This document shows, piece by piece, positions 20,748 to 30,895 of a stretch of 64,000 nucleotides of DNA (positions within the stretch are counted from its first letter, which is position 1; each line of letters opens with the position of its first letter). Source of the DNA: Escherichia coli (GTDB taxonomy: Bacteria; Pseudomonadota; Gammaproteobacteria; Enterobacterales; Enterobacteriaceae); the NCBI RefSeq assembly GCF_050320075.1, contig NZ_CP190018.1; one strand, given 5' to 3'. The notes beneath the pieces are model-generated. The model ran no database searches and was not told the origin of the DNA. It saw only the letters and a program-made list of their open reading frames with translations. A program made the translations under genes and the position numbers.

Positions 20748-21938
20748 TTATAAAGAGGGCTTTATATTCCTTTCATAATATTCTGAAGGAGTAATATTAC
20801 CTCTCATGAATAATTGATAGTCATTTTCGGGGTGATGGATATAATATTTACCACTTCCATCTTCACCATGTTGCAAAGGAGGCAGATCAGATAATGCATC
20901 CTTTACAGATACCCAAGATTCCTTATCTTCTGTTAATTTTTGTGGAGGTTCAATTGAAAATAAAGGGTCGTTTGAACCAACCAATATAACCCTTTTTCGG
21001 CGCTGAGGGATTGCATAATGTTCAGAGTTTAATATCCATCCATTCATAGTTTTCATGGTTGATGAGAATTCTTCTTTGACTCTTTCAAAGACCTTACCTT
21101 TTTCCATATTCAACAAACCAGCAACATTTTCAAAAATAAAACCGTTTGGTTTTATCTCATTTAAGAGAGATTTATAATGCATAAAAAGTGAATTTCTTGG
21201 ATCATCCATTGTTCTGGCATTTCCTGCCGTAGAAAATCCCTGGCATGGGGGTCCACCAAGTATCCATAATTGTTTATCAAAATATAATTTCTTAAATCCT
21301 GATATTTTATCTGCTATTTTTGAAAAAGTTTCATTATCAGAAATGCTGCCACATAAAACTTCTTTGTGAACATTGTTTGAATATGTTTGTAGATATTTTT
21401 CTTCAATATCATTCGCCAATAATGGAGTCCATCCAGCCCATTTGAATCCTAGTCCCAGCCCTCCAGCTCCGGAAAATAAATCGATATAATAACCAGTATT
21501 ACCTATCGCCTTCTCTATTTCTTTCGCAATCAGAAAAGCTAAAAATGGGGGCACTGCATTACCGATTTGGGTATTAATTGCTGTTTGACCTCCGAAGAAA
21601 ATAAAATCATCCGGGAACGATTGTAGTCTTGCAGCTTCTCTCTGGGATAGAACACGATCTTGCTCATAGTGAATATGGCAACCATTCCCAGGTCGGTTAA
21701 AATATGTATTGATAGTATATGCAGGCATATCTGGAAGTAATCTACCGTAGTATGTTGAACGGCTTCCTTTTCCTTGTGCATAACTATCCCTAATTTGCTC
21801 TATTCTTTTAGACGGTACATCTAAAGGAATATTTTTCCAGTTGCCACCTGGCGGTACTGAGTTAACAATCATCATATCCAATTCACTTAGCTTTGCTGCC
21901 TTGTGATTGGGAATCATAAATGTTTCACTTTTAGTCAT
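20748..21938 (-). CDS. DNA cytosine-5 methyltransferase with apparently permuted motif order
   Basis: Motif I DLFSGAGGLGLGF, IV GGPPCQGFS, VI FENV, VIII QRRKRV; motif IX/X-like block (LQSFPDDF...IGNAVPP) lies N-terminal to motif I. Confidence 0.85.
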   Translation of the reverse strand: MTKSETFMIPNHKAAKLSELDMMIVNSVPPGGNWKNIPLDVPSKRIEQIRDSYAQGKGSRSTYYGRLLPDMPAYTINTYFNRPGNGCHIHYEQDRVLSQREAARLQSFPDDFIFFGGQTAINTQIGNAVPPFLAFLIAKEIEKAIGNTGYYIDLFSGAGGLGLGFKWAGWTPLLANDIEEKYLQTYSNNVHKEVLCGSISDNETFSKIADKISGFKKLYFDKQLWILGGPPCQGFSTAGNARTMDDPRNSLFMHYKSLLNEIKPNGFIFENVAGLLNMEKGKVFERVKEEFSSTMKTMNGWILNSEHYAIPQRRKRVILVGSNDPLFSIEPPQKLTEDKESWVSVKDALSDLPPLQHGEDGSGKYYIHHPENDYQLFMRGNITPSEYYERNIKPSL

Positions 21939-23571
21939 AATGTTGAAAAATCCTCAATAAACTTTCTTTTTCAGCTAACTCAATCTTATCAAATGAAGAC
22001 AGAAGCTTATTAAATTCATTCAAATCCAATTTGTAAATATTTTTGGCAACATAAGCCTCAATTTTCAACTCAGCATCACAACATCCCTCTATGCAAGAAA
22101 TCACAAGTTGTTTTAATTCAGAATGTTGTAATAATATTTTTTCAGACGGTATTGCAGTTTTTCGTAAGGCTGACAATGATACATGACCAGTAGCTAAAAA
22201 GCTTCTTAATTGAAATTCAAAACAAAGGGAGTTTATAATACCAAGCAAACTAAAGAGCGAATCTTGCGAACCACTTTTATAATAGACCACCCCTAATGAA
22301 TTCCCTGCCAAAGAGTTAGGAGGTATTATCGTTGCAATCATTCGCCTTTTTTGACTCGGGCGTGAAATGTCACGCCATGCAATCCTTACGAAATTAGAAT
22401 TGGATAGAACCTTATCAATTTTTTTCGTTATTCTTAAGCTCTTCTCATTATGAAAATTATACCTCCCAATCATTTTTCCTTTAATGAATAATAATCCGCC
22501 GCCACTTTTTTGTGTCCAGTCACTACTACCAGTTTCATCTATTTCTCTTCCTGCCCATATCTCTCCATTTTTTTCCAGACTACCCCATGTTGGGTATCCC
22601 TCTTGCAGCTTTCTTAACAAATGAACGGCATGAACACCTTGAGATACCGGAATGCTAAGATATTGAGAATCTATACTAGACAAATCAAAAAAACCTAGTG
22701 ATTTAATATTTAAGTTTTTATCATACACACTAAGTTGAATATTATCATTAAGGGATTCACCTTTATTAAAAATAAAAGAACATGAAGAAACATCAGCACC
22801 GCCGAATAATTTAGCCTCAGCTGGATAATAATTTATGCAATCAATCCTCCCTGAATTAAAAAACTTTTCACGTAATATGTACGATTGTTCATCTGCGAAA
22901 AAAGATGCAGGCATAACTATAGCTACCAATCCATTTTTATTACATATTTCTAAGCTAAGTTCTGCACCAACACGTGAAAGATTAGTCCCCCACCCAGCAA
23001 ATTTACGCTTCGGCTGAGAATATGGCAATACTCTTGACAAATAATCATCAAACTCACGAAGAGAGTCTATATACATCGATTTCATAGATGGTTCAAAAAA
23101 ATCGAGCTCTCTAGAATCTGGTTTTATATTCTCCCAAGGCGGATTGGTTATAACACAATCAAAATAATCAACATATTTTTTAAATTCATAAAAAACATCA
23201 CTATTTTTTATAGTAATGTTAATATTTGCACCTGCTAACTTAAGTTCAGACAACGCATTTTTAGCATAAGTGAGGCCTGTATTTTCTATATCGAACAGAT
23301 AAACATTCCACTCTACATCTGGAAAACCATTTATCATCCATTGTTTAATAAGCAATGTAATAAGTCGACCATCCCCTGAAAATGGATCTGCGACATTATA
23401 ACTTTTTTTATCACAGGAATTTATCAATGGTAATAACTTCTCTATCATCAAAAGAGCTATTTTTGGATCTGTATAGTATTTACCTGTCGCTTTTTTAGTG
23501 AATTTTGTTGTCTCGTCCAAGGACAGTGAATTAATTAAATGGATATGTTTCATGTAAAATATCTCTTCCAT
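21931..23571 (-). CDS. N6-adenine DNA methyltransferase (gamma-class, NPPW)
   Basis: Motif I DPFSGDGRL and catalytic NPPW; stop overlaps the start of the C5-methyltransferase gene. Confidence 0.8.
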   Translation of the reverse strand: MEEIFYMKHIHLINSLSLDETTKFTKKATGKYYTDPKIALLMIEKLLPLINSCDKKSYNVADPFSGDGRLITLLIKQWMINGFPDVEWNVYLFDIENTGLTYAKNALSELKLAGANINITIKNSDVFYEFKKYVDYFDCVITNPPWENIKPDSRELDFFEPSMKSMYIDSLREFDDYLSRVLPYSQPKRKFAGWGTNLSRVGAELSLEICNKNGLVAIVMPASFFADEQSYILREKFFNSGRIDCINYYPAEAKLFGGADVSSCSFIFNKGESLNDNIQLSVYDKNLNIKSLGFFDLSSIDSQYLSIPVSQGVHAVHLLRKLQEGYPTWGSLEKNGEIWAGREIDETGSSDWTQKSGGGLLFIKGKMIGRYNFHNEKSLRITKKIDKVLSNSNFVRIAWRDISRPSQKRRMIATIIPPNSLAGNSLGVVYYKSGSQDSLFSLLGIINSLCFEFQLRSFLATGHVSLSALRKTAIPSEKILLQHSELKQLVISCIEGCCDAELKIEAYVAKNIYKLDLNEFNKLLSSFDKIELAEKESLLRIFQHYD

Positions 23572-23785
23572 TAATAATATGGATTATATCATTTAACTTG
23601 TGAACACTCAACAATAACTGTACATAAAAACAGTCATTAAAGATTTCCCCTAGAGTGAGCATCGCTATAAAAATTTAAATTAATTTTATCCTGCTCCGAA
23701 AGAAACAGTTATCATTTATTCCATAAAGAATAACTTGCTTTATAATCACTTTAAATATCGATATCAATTTTAATACTATGGTTAC

Positions 23786-24456
23786 TTACCATATCAATAA
23801 ATAGCTTAACCCGTTATCTCGATACCCCTTAAGAACCCCTTCCGCAACTGCAACATAATCTACGCTCATCCACATGCCTGGCTTTAACTGTTCCTGATAT
23901 AAGTTGACAGTTTTCTGTCCGTAAAACGGTTGATGAACTTCATCGGGCGTTTTGTATTTCAATGCCAAATGTGACCGCTCATGGTTATAAATTGCCACGA
24001 ATTCTTTTACCATTTACCGGCCCTACGTCAGCTCTGCAGGACGCGAGAGTAAAAACTCATTTTCAGGATTCCGTTTATCCACTCAGCCTGCGCATTCTGG
24101 TGGCAGTTATAACCATTAGTCATTGAACAGGTTATTGATAAATAATTAAAAAACTCAGCTTTCTGGCTCGCCTGCTCAAGCTGTTCTTCAAGTTCCCTGA
24201 TTCTTTGCTCGGGTGTCAGCGGGACAGTCGCCAGAGCCACAGGCAGTCTCCTCTTTACCTGGTCAGGAAGTCCGGGGCTCCAGTCAAGCCGGCCATATTT
24301 ACGCAACCAGACAAGAACGGTGGAGCGCCCCTGAATGCCATAACTGCAGCCGGCCTGTTTATAAGTCATCTCGCCTTTTTCAACCTTCTCAACAACGGCT
24401 ATTTTAAAGGATAGAGGATAATCACGTTGAGTGCGTTTGAACCCAGACATCATCAC
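23786..24456 (-). mobile_element. IS3-family element remnant (orfA plus truncated orfB fragments)
   Basis: 142-aa ORF with IS3 OrfA-like N-terminus running into integrase-core residues (NAQAEWINGILK); 75-aa ORF matching a transposase C-terminus (YNHERSHLALKYKTP). Confidence 0.6.
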
Positions 24457-24553
24457 GTTCTCCGGGTTTAAGTCAGGAACGTGTCATAGCTATTCAGGAC
24501 GGGTCACCGACACAAAAAAAGTCGCCCTTGAGCGACTCGATTTGCATACGGTA

Positions 24554-24576
24554 TGGTGCGAAGGCCGGACTCGAAC
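24554..24576 (-). repeat. 3'-terminal fragment of a tRNA-Leu gene (leuX-like T-arm and acceptor end); putative island att repeat
   Basis: Minus-strand GTTCGAGTCCGGCCTTCGCACCA matches the leuX 3' end as I recall it except for one missing G; the 5' two-thirds of the tRNA is absent. Confidence 0.6.
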
Positions 24577-24994
24577 ATGTGACTTAACCTCATGATTTAA
24601 AATTGTTAATAATAAACAATATCATCTTATACCAACACAGATACCAACACGAAAAATCACTGGTTTTCGGCATCGAACCAGGACAATCAGCTCCTGATTG
24701 AGATACCGAGCTCTGTTACTCGTCATCTTCCTCGACAGGCTTCATTGCATCAAGTAGTACTCGCACCATCGCGATAGAACCAATCCGGATAAAAGCATCT
24801 TCTCCATCTATATCTGTTAACTGATATCGCTCACTTGATGCCGGATAAGTGTGTCGATTTGCAGCTGTGTACTCTTTTGTACAGCCAGAATGTGGCTGAC
24901 TGAGGTGGAGCAGATAATGTCCCCGTTGACCACTTCCGGACGGGAGGCTGTGATTTCAGACATAATTGATATTCCTTTTTGCAGATAAATGAAA

Positions 24995-25019
24995 ACGCCA
25001 GCCCTGTTCAGGCTGGCGT
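24995..25019 (-). terminator. Candidate rho-independent terminator downstream of the CP4-like cassette
   Basis: 9-bp stem ACGCCAGCC/GGCTGGCGT with 7-nt loop; U-rich tract follows on the minus strand. Confidence 0.35.
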
Positions 25020-25264
25020 CAGTGGAATGAAGTATGGTGAGTAATATTTATCGGTTCTGGTGCAGAAGCTGCAGTTGGCGCAGGGTACGGATACCCTCCC
25101 TGGCCTGTTCGATACAGGGCAACAGTGCTGCCGAATCCGTTTTATCCTCATCGTTGTCAAAGATAATTCCCGATTCGCAGTCGATATTGTCCTGCAGCCA
25201 CACAATCAGAATATCCAGCGCCGTTTCTGTGGTTAATGATTTCATCCTGTGTCTTTTGTCCTGG

Positions 25265-25753
25265 TTACCAGTTGAAAGTGGGTAAATCCTGCAGACATTC
25301 AGCACCGGCATCCAGATGAATGAGACTGACGCCATAACGCCGGATGAGTGTGACAACCAGACGGCGGAACGTTCTGGACAGCCCCAGGCGTTTAAGCCGC
25401 AGAACCGGGTATGACCACGCATCGGTACGTAACAGATATCCGCTACCTGTGAAATGAATCCATTCTGATTCGCCGGTGTCATTCGTCTGATTTGACAGCG
25501 AGTACAACCAGGCATTGTCCGTTTCCGTGATATGTGCGGTACTGCAGCGTATGCCGGTAAGGGCCGCAGATGGTGGCGTGCGCTCTGCTGATGTCCGGTC
25601 AGATTCATCAACAACACGAAGGGAGTAACCGTTATCGCAGACCACGTTAATCAGTTCAGCGAGAGTAACACCATCGACGTCAACGACAATGCGCCCCATG
25701 TTCAGTGCCTGCACGTTAATGCTGTCGGCTTCCAGCGTCAGGGCCAGTTTCAT
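25265..25753 (-). CDS. YeeW-like prophage protein
   Basis: Follows the cbtA homologue with ATGA start/stop overlap at 25750-25753; true start taken at MKLALTLE. Confidence 0.55.
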   Translation of the reverse strand: MKLALTLEADSINVQALNMGRIVVDVDGVTLAELINVVCDNGYSLRVVDESDRTSAERTPPSAALTGIRCSTAHITETDNAWLYSLSNQTNDTGESEWIHFTGSGYLLRTDAWSYPVLRLKRLGLSRTFRRLVVTLIRRYGVSLIHLDAGAECLQDLPTFNW

Positions 25754-26127
25754 TGTTTCGCCCACGGATGTTTACCCAGGGTAATGTTATTTACCGTTCT
25801 GTAATTGTCGCGGGCCATCAGGCCGGTTGCCCGGCGGGCCCGGAGGATATCAATACTGTTTATTAACTGAGAACGAGTACAGACGCTGAATCCCGGCTGG
25901 TCGGTACGCACCAGTGCGTATTTTTCAACGAGAAAGTTCACCGCATCACACAGTGAAATGCCTGCCTCAATATGCTGCTCAATCACACGTTCATCAGCGA
26001 ACGGTGTGTCATTCAGTGTGAGGCCGTAATGCTGGTCCAGCAGTCGGGTGAGCAGTGTCTGCCAGATGGTGACGGGAGACTGGCAATGCGATGCCTCCCG
26101 TACGTGTGTATCGGGTAATGTGTTCAT
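25750..26127 (-). CDS. cbtA: CbtA/YeeV/YkfI-family toxin (type IV toxin-antitoxin system)
   Basis: 124 aa from the internal ATG at 26127 ([15 protein letters not shown]...); family sequence and position after the antitoxin homologue. Confidence 0.85.
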   Translation of the reverse strand: MNTLPDTHVREASHCQSPVTIWQTLLTRLLDQHYGLTLNDTPFADERVIEQHIEAGISLCDAVNFLVEKYALVRTDQPGFSVCTRSQLINSIDILRARRATGLMARDNYRTVNNITLGKHPWAKQ

Positions 26128-26216
26128 ACTGAAGATTTTCCTGATATGCAGAGATGAAAAATGGAAAAGTGGCGTGGTGAAAGCACCAGGCCGGAGAAGA
26201 AGGTTATTCTGGAGAG

Positions 26217-26585
26217 TTACTTTTTCGTTTCGGGCGTCGGATAAACAGCCATATAAACGTAGCCACAACTGCCGAGGGTGTCGGCTTCGCAGGTCAGCCT
26301 TTTTGCATACAGCGTGACGGTATGCTGATGGCGGGGATTCAGTTCACCGCTGGTGAGCATGAGTTCCAGTTGTTTCATCAGCAGCGGAAAGGCCTGGTCC
26401 AGATGGTACGCATCCGCGTCGCTGAACCGGCCTCTGATACCGGCGCGGTCTGCAAGGTAATGCAACCGGTTACCCTCCTGCACCAGACGTGCCCCAAAAC
26501 AGGGCGTCACGGTGCAGGGCAGTCCCCACCAGGTGCGGTCGTTATTGTCGTCGGGAAGCGTTGTCCCGGGGAGTGTGTCTGACAC
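26217..26585 (-). CDS. cbeA: CbeA/YeeU/YfjZ-family antitoxin
   Basis: 122 aa; family sequence; immediately upstream of the toxin gene. Confidence 0.85.
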   Translation of the reverse strand: MSDTLPGTTLPDDNNDRTWWGLPCTVTPCFGARLVQEGNRLHYLADRAGIRGRFSDADAYHLDQAFPLLMKQLELMLTSGELNPRHQHTVTLYAKRLTCEADTLGSCGYVYMAVYPTPETKK

Positions 26586-26664
26586 GATAAAATCCTCACA
26601 GAAAATTGGTTAAGAATGGTCCGGTGGTGGCGATAATTCTGCTCTTCTGAATGCCCTTCCAGAC

Positions 26665-26886
26665 TCAGTTCAGGGTGACGCTCATCAGCCGGACATACGG
26701 ACCAAAACTGTCCTTACGGCGTTCTGCAAACACAGCCAGCACACCGGGAATATCCTGTACTTCACGGCCGGTATATGTATCCGTGCTACCGTGCCAGCGG
26801 TATTTACCGGTACAGAACGGAAAAAGACGGGATGCAGGATGCTGACGGTGAATACGCATGGCTTCACCACGGGTGATGATTTTCAT
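26665..26886 (-). CDS. YeeT-family protein (DUF987)
   Basis: 73 aa, MKIITRGEAMRIH...; conserved position upstream of the toxin-antitoxin pair. Confidence 0.8.
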   Translation of the reverse strand: MKIITRGEAMRIHRQHPASRLFPFCTGKYRWHGSTDTYTGREVQDIPGVLAVFAERRKDSFGPYVRLMSVTLN

Positions 26887-26972
26887 GAGAATAGTCCTCC
26901 TGAATGTGAAAGTAAGAAACAGCTGAGAAAGAGAAACTGAAGTGATATGAAGGTGATTGTGACGGTGACGGG

Positions 26973-27449
26973 TTAAAGCAGACCGTGTTCGGCAAAGGAG
27001 AATACCTGGCTGCCACCGACTATCAGATGGTCCGGCACCCGGATATCCACCAGGGCCAGCGCCTGTACCAGACGTTCAGTGATAAGCCGGTCTGCCTTAC
27101 TGGGGGTGACTTCACCGGACGGGTGATTGTGCGCCAGCACCACGGCAGCGGCATTGTGGTACAGGGCACGTTTAATCACCTCCCGGGGATGGACTTCTGT
27201 GCGGTTGATGGTGCCTGTGAAGAGGGTTTCACCCGCAATCAGCTGATTCTGGTTGTTCAGATACAGCACCCGGAACTCTTCCCGCTCCAGTCCTGCCATG
27301 TTCAGAATCAGCCATTCCCGTGCCGCATGCGTGGAGGTGAAGGCCACGCCGGGTTCATGAAGATGGCGGTCCAGGGTTTTCAGGGCCCGCTGAATGAGGC
27401 TGCGCTCGCCGGGCGTCATCTCTCCGGGCAGAAAGGAAAGCTGTTGCAT
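26973..27449 (-). CDS. RadC-like JAB-domain protein (YeeS/YfjY/YkfG family)
   Basis: 158 aa; JAMM-like HNHPSG motif. Confidence 0.85.
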   Translation of the reverse strand: MQQLSFLPGEMTPGERSLIQRALKTLDRHLHEPGVAFTSTHAAREWLILNMAGLEREEFRVLYLNNQNQLIAGETLFTGTINRTEVHPREVIKRALYHNAAAVVLAHNHPSGEVTPSKADRLITERLVQALALVDIRVPDHLIVGGSQVFSFAEHGLL

Positions 27450-27463
27450 TGTTCCGGCCCCTT

Positions 27464-27973
27464 TCAGTCAATGATGCGCATAATGGCGTTGCATTCCGGA
27501 TGTTGCAGGGCGTAATCCCGCAACCGGTAATAATGGACCGTCATGGCATAACACTCCGTACGACAGGCATGATGACTGTACGTCATCAGACAGGCAGCAA
27601 TGCCGGCGGCTTCCGGGCTCATTTCAGCGCGGTTACCGTTCATGGCATTGAACAGTACCCAGGTTTCTCCATCATCTTCATCCGGTTCGGGCGCCATAAA
27701 TGCGCCGCCGTTATTCAGGGTGTACAGATTCCAGATACCACCGCAGTAGTCTTCACACAGACGGTCCATCCAGCCGAAGACACGGGGCTCCAGGGTCACC
27801 CACTGTGGAATGAGGCCAAAGTGCTGCGGCCAGAAGCTGATGCGCTGTTCATCAGGGACGGGAGTGGCAACCAGTTGAGACTGGTTATTCCCTGATGCAG
27901 TAGTTACGGAAACAGAAGGTGTGGTGGAATTATGCGAAGAGGTTGTCATGAGATTATTCCTTATAAAAAGCAA
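27464..27973 (-). CDS. Antirestriction protein (KlcA/ArdB-like, YfjX family)
   Basis: Family-like sequence and conserved cassette position; start codon uncertain. Confidence 0.7.
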   Translation of the reverse strand: MLFIRNNLMTTSSHNSTTPSVSVTTASGNNQSQLVATPVPDEQRISFWPQHFGLIPQWVTLEPRVFGWMDRLCEDYCGGIWNLYTLNNGGAFMAPEPDEDDGETWVLFNAMNGNRAEMSPEAAGIAACLMTYSHHACRTECYAMTVHYYRLRDYALQHPECNAIMRIID

Positions 27974-28040
27974 ATGAATGGAAGAATGCCTGGGGACTGG
28001 TACAGACGTGAGTCAGGGCTGCACTTTCAGGGAAACAGCA

Positions 28041-28859
28041 TCAGCGCATGCTCTCCAGCAGCGTTTCTGCCATCACCCACAATGCGCGGTTGAGCTTAAT
28101 ATCGGTGTCGATGCTGTGAATGGCACGGGTGTGGATACGTTTTCCTCTGGCACTGCGACCGGAAATTCCGCCTTTCAGCATATTCTCCTGGATGGTCTGA
28201 TAAGCACTCCACAGGTCCTTACCGTAATCCTCCCGGCGTCGTGGTGTCAGAATGTCGGCAGTGGTGACTGGCTGATGTTTGTCACCATAACGGTAAGTCA
28301 GTGCCGCCTGTGCCAGCGCCTGGCGTGCCGGTGGCGGCAGGACCAGCGACTGCATGGCATCACGCTTCTCCTCTATCCGGTCAAAAACCCCCACCACCTC
28401 GTAAGCCCCTTCAATAACTTTCTCCACCACATTTCCCCGGTGCGGAACACGCACTTCCCCCAGAGACTGACCACAGACGCATCCGTTCTGGCAGACGAAC
28501 CTGAAGTAACCCGGCAGCATCTGGTAGCTGGAGGTACCGTCATGAGAGTTGAGCAGAATAATTTCAGGGACATGTTCTCCGTTTATCTCTCCGGCCCGCC
28601 GCAGACGCAGCATATGTTTGGTGTATCCCCGGCGGCCCGGGTCGCGCACACGGGTCTGGCAGGCGAAGAACGGCTGAAAGCCTTCCCGCTGCAGACTTTC
28701 CAGCACGGTGATGGTGGGGATATACGTATAGCGTTCACTGCGGGAGGTATGCCGGTCTTCCCCAAAAATACCGGGTACATAGTGCATCAGTTCTTCGTGT
28801 GTCAGCGGACGGTCACGGCGTATCTGATTCGCATAACCAAAACGACTGGCTAATTGCAT
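28041..28859 (-). CDS. DUF932-family protein (YfjQ/YafZ-like)
   Basis: 272 aa; conserved cassette position downstream of the YfjP-like GTPase and YfjR-like regulator. Confidence 0.7.
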   Translation of the reverse strand: MQLASRFGYANQIRRDRPLTHEELMHYVPGIFGEDRHTSRSERYTYIPTITVLESLQREGFQPFFACQTRVRDPGRRGYTKHMLRLRRAGEINGEHVPEIILLNSHDGTSSYQMLPGYFRFVCQNGCVCGQSLGEVRVPHRGNVVEKVIEGAYEVVGVFDRIEEKRDAMQSLVLPPPARQALAQAALTYRYGDKHQPVTTADILTPRRREDYGKDLWSAYQTIQENMLKGGISGRSARGKRIHTRAIHSIDTDIKLNRALWVMAETLLESMR

Positions 28860-28948
28860 ACTTTGCTCCTTATGAATGAATTAGCGGTATAAACGAAAAG
28901 GCCGCGTCTCCCGGAGAAGACGCGGCCTGATGGATGAAATGAAGACGT

Positions 28949-29158
28949 TTATTGCCTGAGAATTCCCTCACTGGCGAGATACGAATTTAGCTGTTTTCCG
29001 GCATCAGGTTCAAAATTCCAGCACCGCCAGCGTAGCTGCCCTTCGGCATTGCGGATAACCAGCCGGAAATGCGTTCCCTGGTCATCTTCAATAAGCACAT
29101 TGCGGTAAGCTGTTGTGACGGCAACCGCCTGTTCGCGTGAGAAAGGGCCTTCGGGCAA
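28949..29158 (-). CDS. Small hypothetical protein (69 aa)
   Basis: ORF with TTG start; no recognisable motifs. Confidence 0.35.
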   Translation of the reverse strand: MPEGPFSREQAVAVTTAYRNVLIEDDQGTHFRLVIRNAEGQLRWRCWNFEPDAGKQLNSYLASEGILRQ

Positions 29159-29187
29159 TAAAACAGGGTGGCAGTCCTACATACCGG

Positions 29188-29865
29188 CTATTTTCCGATA
29201 AATTCAACGCTGGCGCCGGTGGCATTACCGTCAGCACCAACCGTGACGGTCACTTTGTCGTACGCACGGTCTTCAGGATTGAATACTTCAAACTCAACCT
29301 TATTGCCTTTTACTTCGTAAGAGCCAAAATCAGCGGTTTCTGTTGTTTCCTCGTCATATTCCCGGGCGTATGCCTGCCGGGCAGCCTGCAGGACGGAATC
29401 TTTATTAATAGTGGTCGTCTGTTTCGGGGAAAAACCGGCAAGTGATGTGACAAATTTCGGACAGACCTTCAGCATATCACCGCGGGTGAATTCCATTCGT
29501 ACACCAAATGCCTGTAAAACGGACACATCACGCTCTGCTATGGAGTGAACGGCTTTTTTGACCATTTCCGGCGCCTGTCCGATTTCCACCTCAACAGCCC
29601 TGAATCCCGTCTGCTGATTACACATTTGTGATGTGGGGATCAGGTTACCGTTAATACTGATACGGCTGCCCAGGAGCGTCTGTACACCATTCGGGCATCC
29701 CTGCATCAGGCCGGTAATACCAATCGTGCCATTTTTCAGCATTACCAGCGCCTGACCATCTTCCGTCATGGTCTGACACCAGCCGTTTTTGACAGCCCAG
29801 TTGCCGGCGGAGGCGGAGAATGATGCCACAGTGAACAGCAGGGGAAAAAGAGCTCTGGTATTCAT
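29188..29865 (-). CDS. Hypothetical secreted protein with signal peptide
   Basis: Start taken at the internal ATG (MNTRALFPLLFTVASFSASA), giving a cleavable signal-peptide-like N-terminus; about 225 aa. Confidence 0.5.
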   Translation of the reverse strand: MNTRALFPLLFTVASFSASAGNWAVKNGWCQTMTEDGQALVMLKNGTIGITGLMQGCPNGVQTLLGSRISINGNLIPTSQMCNQQTGFRAVEVEIGQAPEMVKKAVHSIAERDVSVLQAFGVRMEFTRGDMLKVCPKFVTSLAGFSPKQTTTINKDSVLQAARQAYAREYDEETTETADFGSYEVKGNKVEFEVFNPEDRAYDKVTVTVGADGNATGASVEFIGK

Positions 29866-30012
29866 GACTGACCTCTGAAATGAACGTACGGTGTTATTGA
29901 TAATGATGGAAGGTATGCAGTGACTGTTCAGGGAATGACGTAGCCGTATATTTAGTTTTCTGTTCAACATATTGTCTCCATACCTGTCGGGACGGCTTTG
30001 GCAGGCCGGCAA

Positions 30013-30693
30013 TCACAGGTTAAAGGTGTTGATAAGTTTATGGATGAAAGAGAAATGTGGCAGGGCGGAGATAAAACGCTCTTCAGCGACCAGACTGTGG
30101 ATGTGGCCTCTCCGTTCAAACCGTTCTGATGTCAGGCTGACTGATTTGATATCTGCCAGAGGAAAGACCTGCAGTTTTCCCTTCTGTAACGCGATCAGAT
30201 ACCAGCTACCGCTGTAATAAATGAGCCGGCAGGGCTCCAGTGACGGATACCATCGCTCAGTCATCAGAGAGATGTGGATACACTGTCTTATTGCCAGGAT
30301 GAGTTGCGAGAAACACTCGGGGAACGTTGCAGTGATATCCGGCGCCGGTAGCCAGATAAGGCAGGGAGAGGGCTCCTGGTTGTCGGTAAGACAGGTTATC
30401 AGTCGTCCGTTCCGGAGCGGAAGTATCCGTGCGATCCCGGTATTCTGTATAAAAGAAAGCATTTCAGGGATCGCACCTGGGCTGCTCTGTCGTCTGAGGC
30501 TGTACCTGCCATTTCTGTACTCTAAATCCAGGTGAACCAGACGCTGATGAAAATCGCGCTGTAAAGTACGTTCTGTAACGCCAAATTCATCTGACAGTGT
30601 TTTTAGTGACAGAGATTCTCCGGCCATCAGTCGGCTGATAATGAGTGATAAGCGAACCGCCAGGCGATCATGCCGGGAACGATTATCAGACAT
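30013..30693 (-). CDS. HTH/WYL-type transcriptional regulator (YfjR-like)
   Basis: 226 aa; N-terminal HTH (LSDEFGVTERTLQRDF); same position as yfjR in CP4-57. Confidence 0.7.
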   Translation of the reverse strand: MSDNRSRHDRLAVRLSLIISRLMAGESLSLKTLSDEFGVTERTLQRDFHQRLVHLDLEYRNGRYSLRRQSSPGAIPEMLSFIQNTGIARILPLRNGRLITCLTDNQEPSPCLIWLPAPDITATFPECFSQLILAIRQCIHISLMTERWYPSLEPCRLIYYSGSWYLIALQKGKLQVFPLADIKSVSLTSERFERRGHIHSLVAEERFISALPHFSFIHKLINTFNL

Positions 30694-30895
30694 AGATGTG
30701 CACTCCGTAAGAAAACATCTTTTATTTCATGATGTTATTATGCATCATGATGTTGAAAGGATGTGTCGCATCCGGATAATCAGGAATAAAATGCAGCAGA
30801 AAAAATATTCTTTTAATTATCTGATTTTTAAGCATGATTTCATAAAAAGAAGAATGCTCGTTAATCCAGCGACACATCCTGTCGGCGTGAGTGTG

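Noticed and set aside
24554-24700. Intact tRNA gene near the island junction
   Set aside because: Only the 3' T-arm and acceptor portion of a tRNA-Leu is present; the upstream sequence does not fold into D and anticodon arms. A T-loop-like GGTTCGATGCC about 100 bp away lacks complementary stems.
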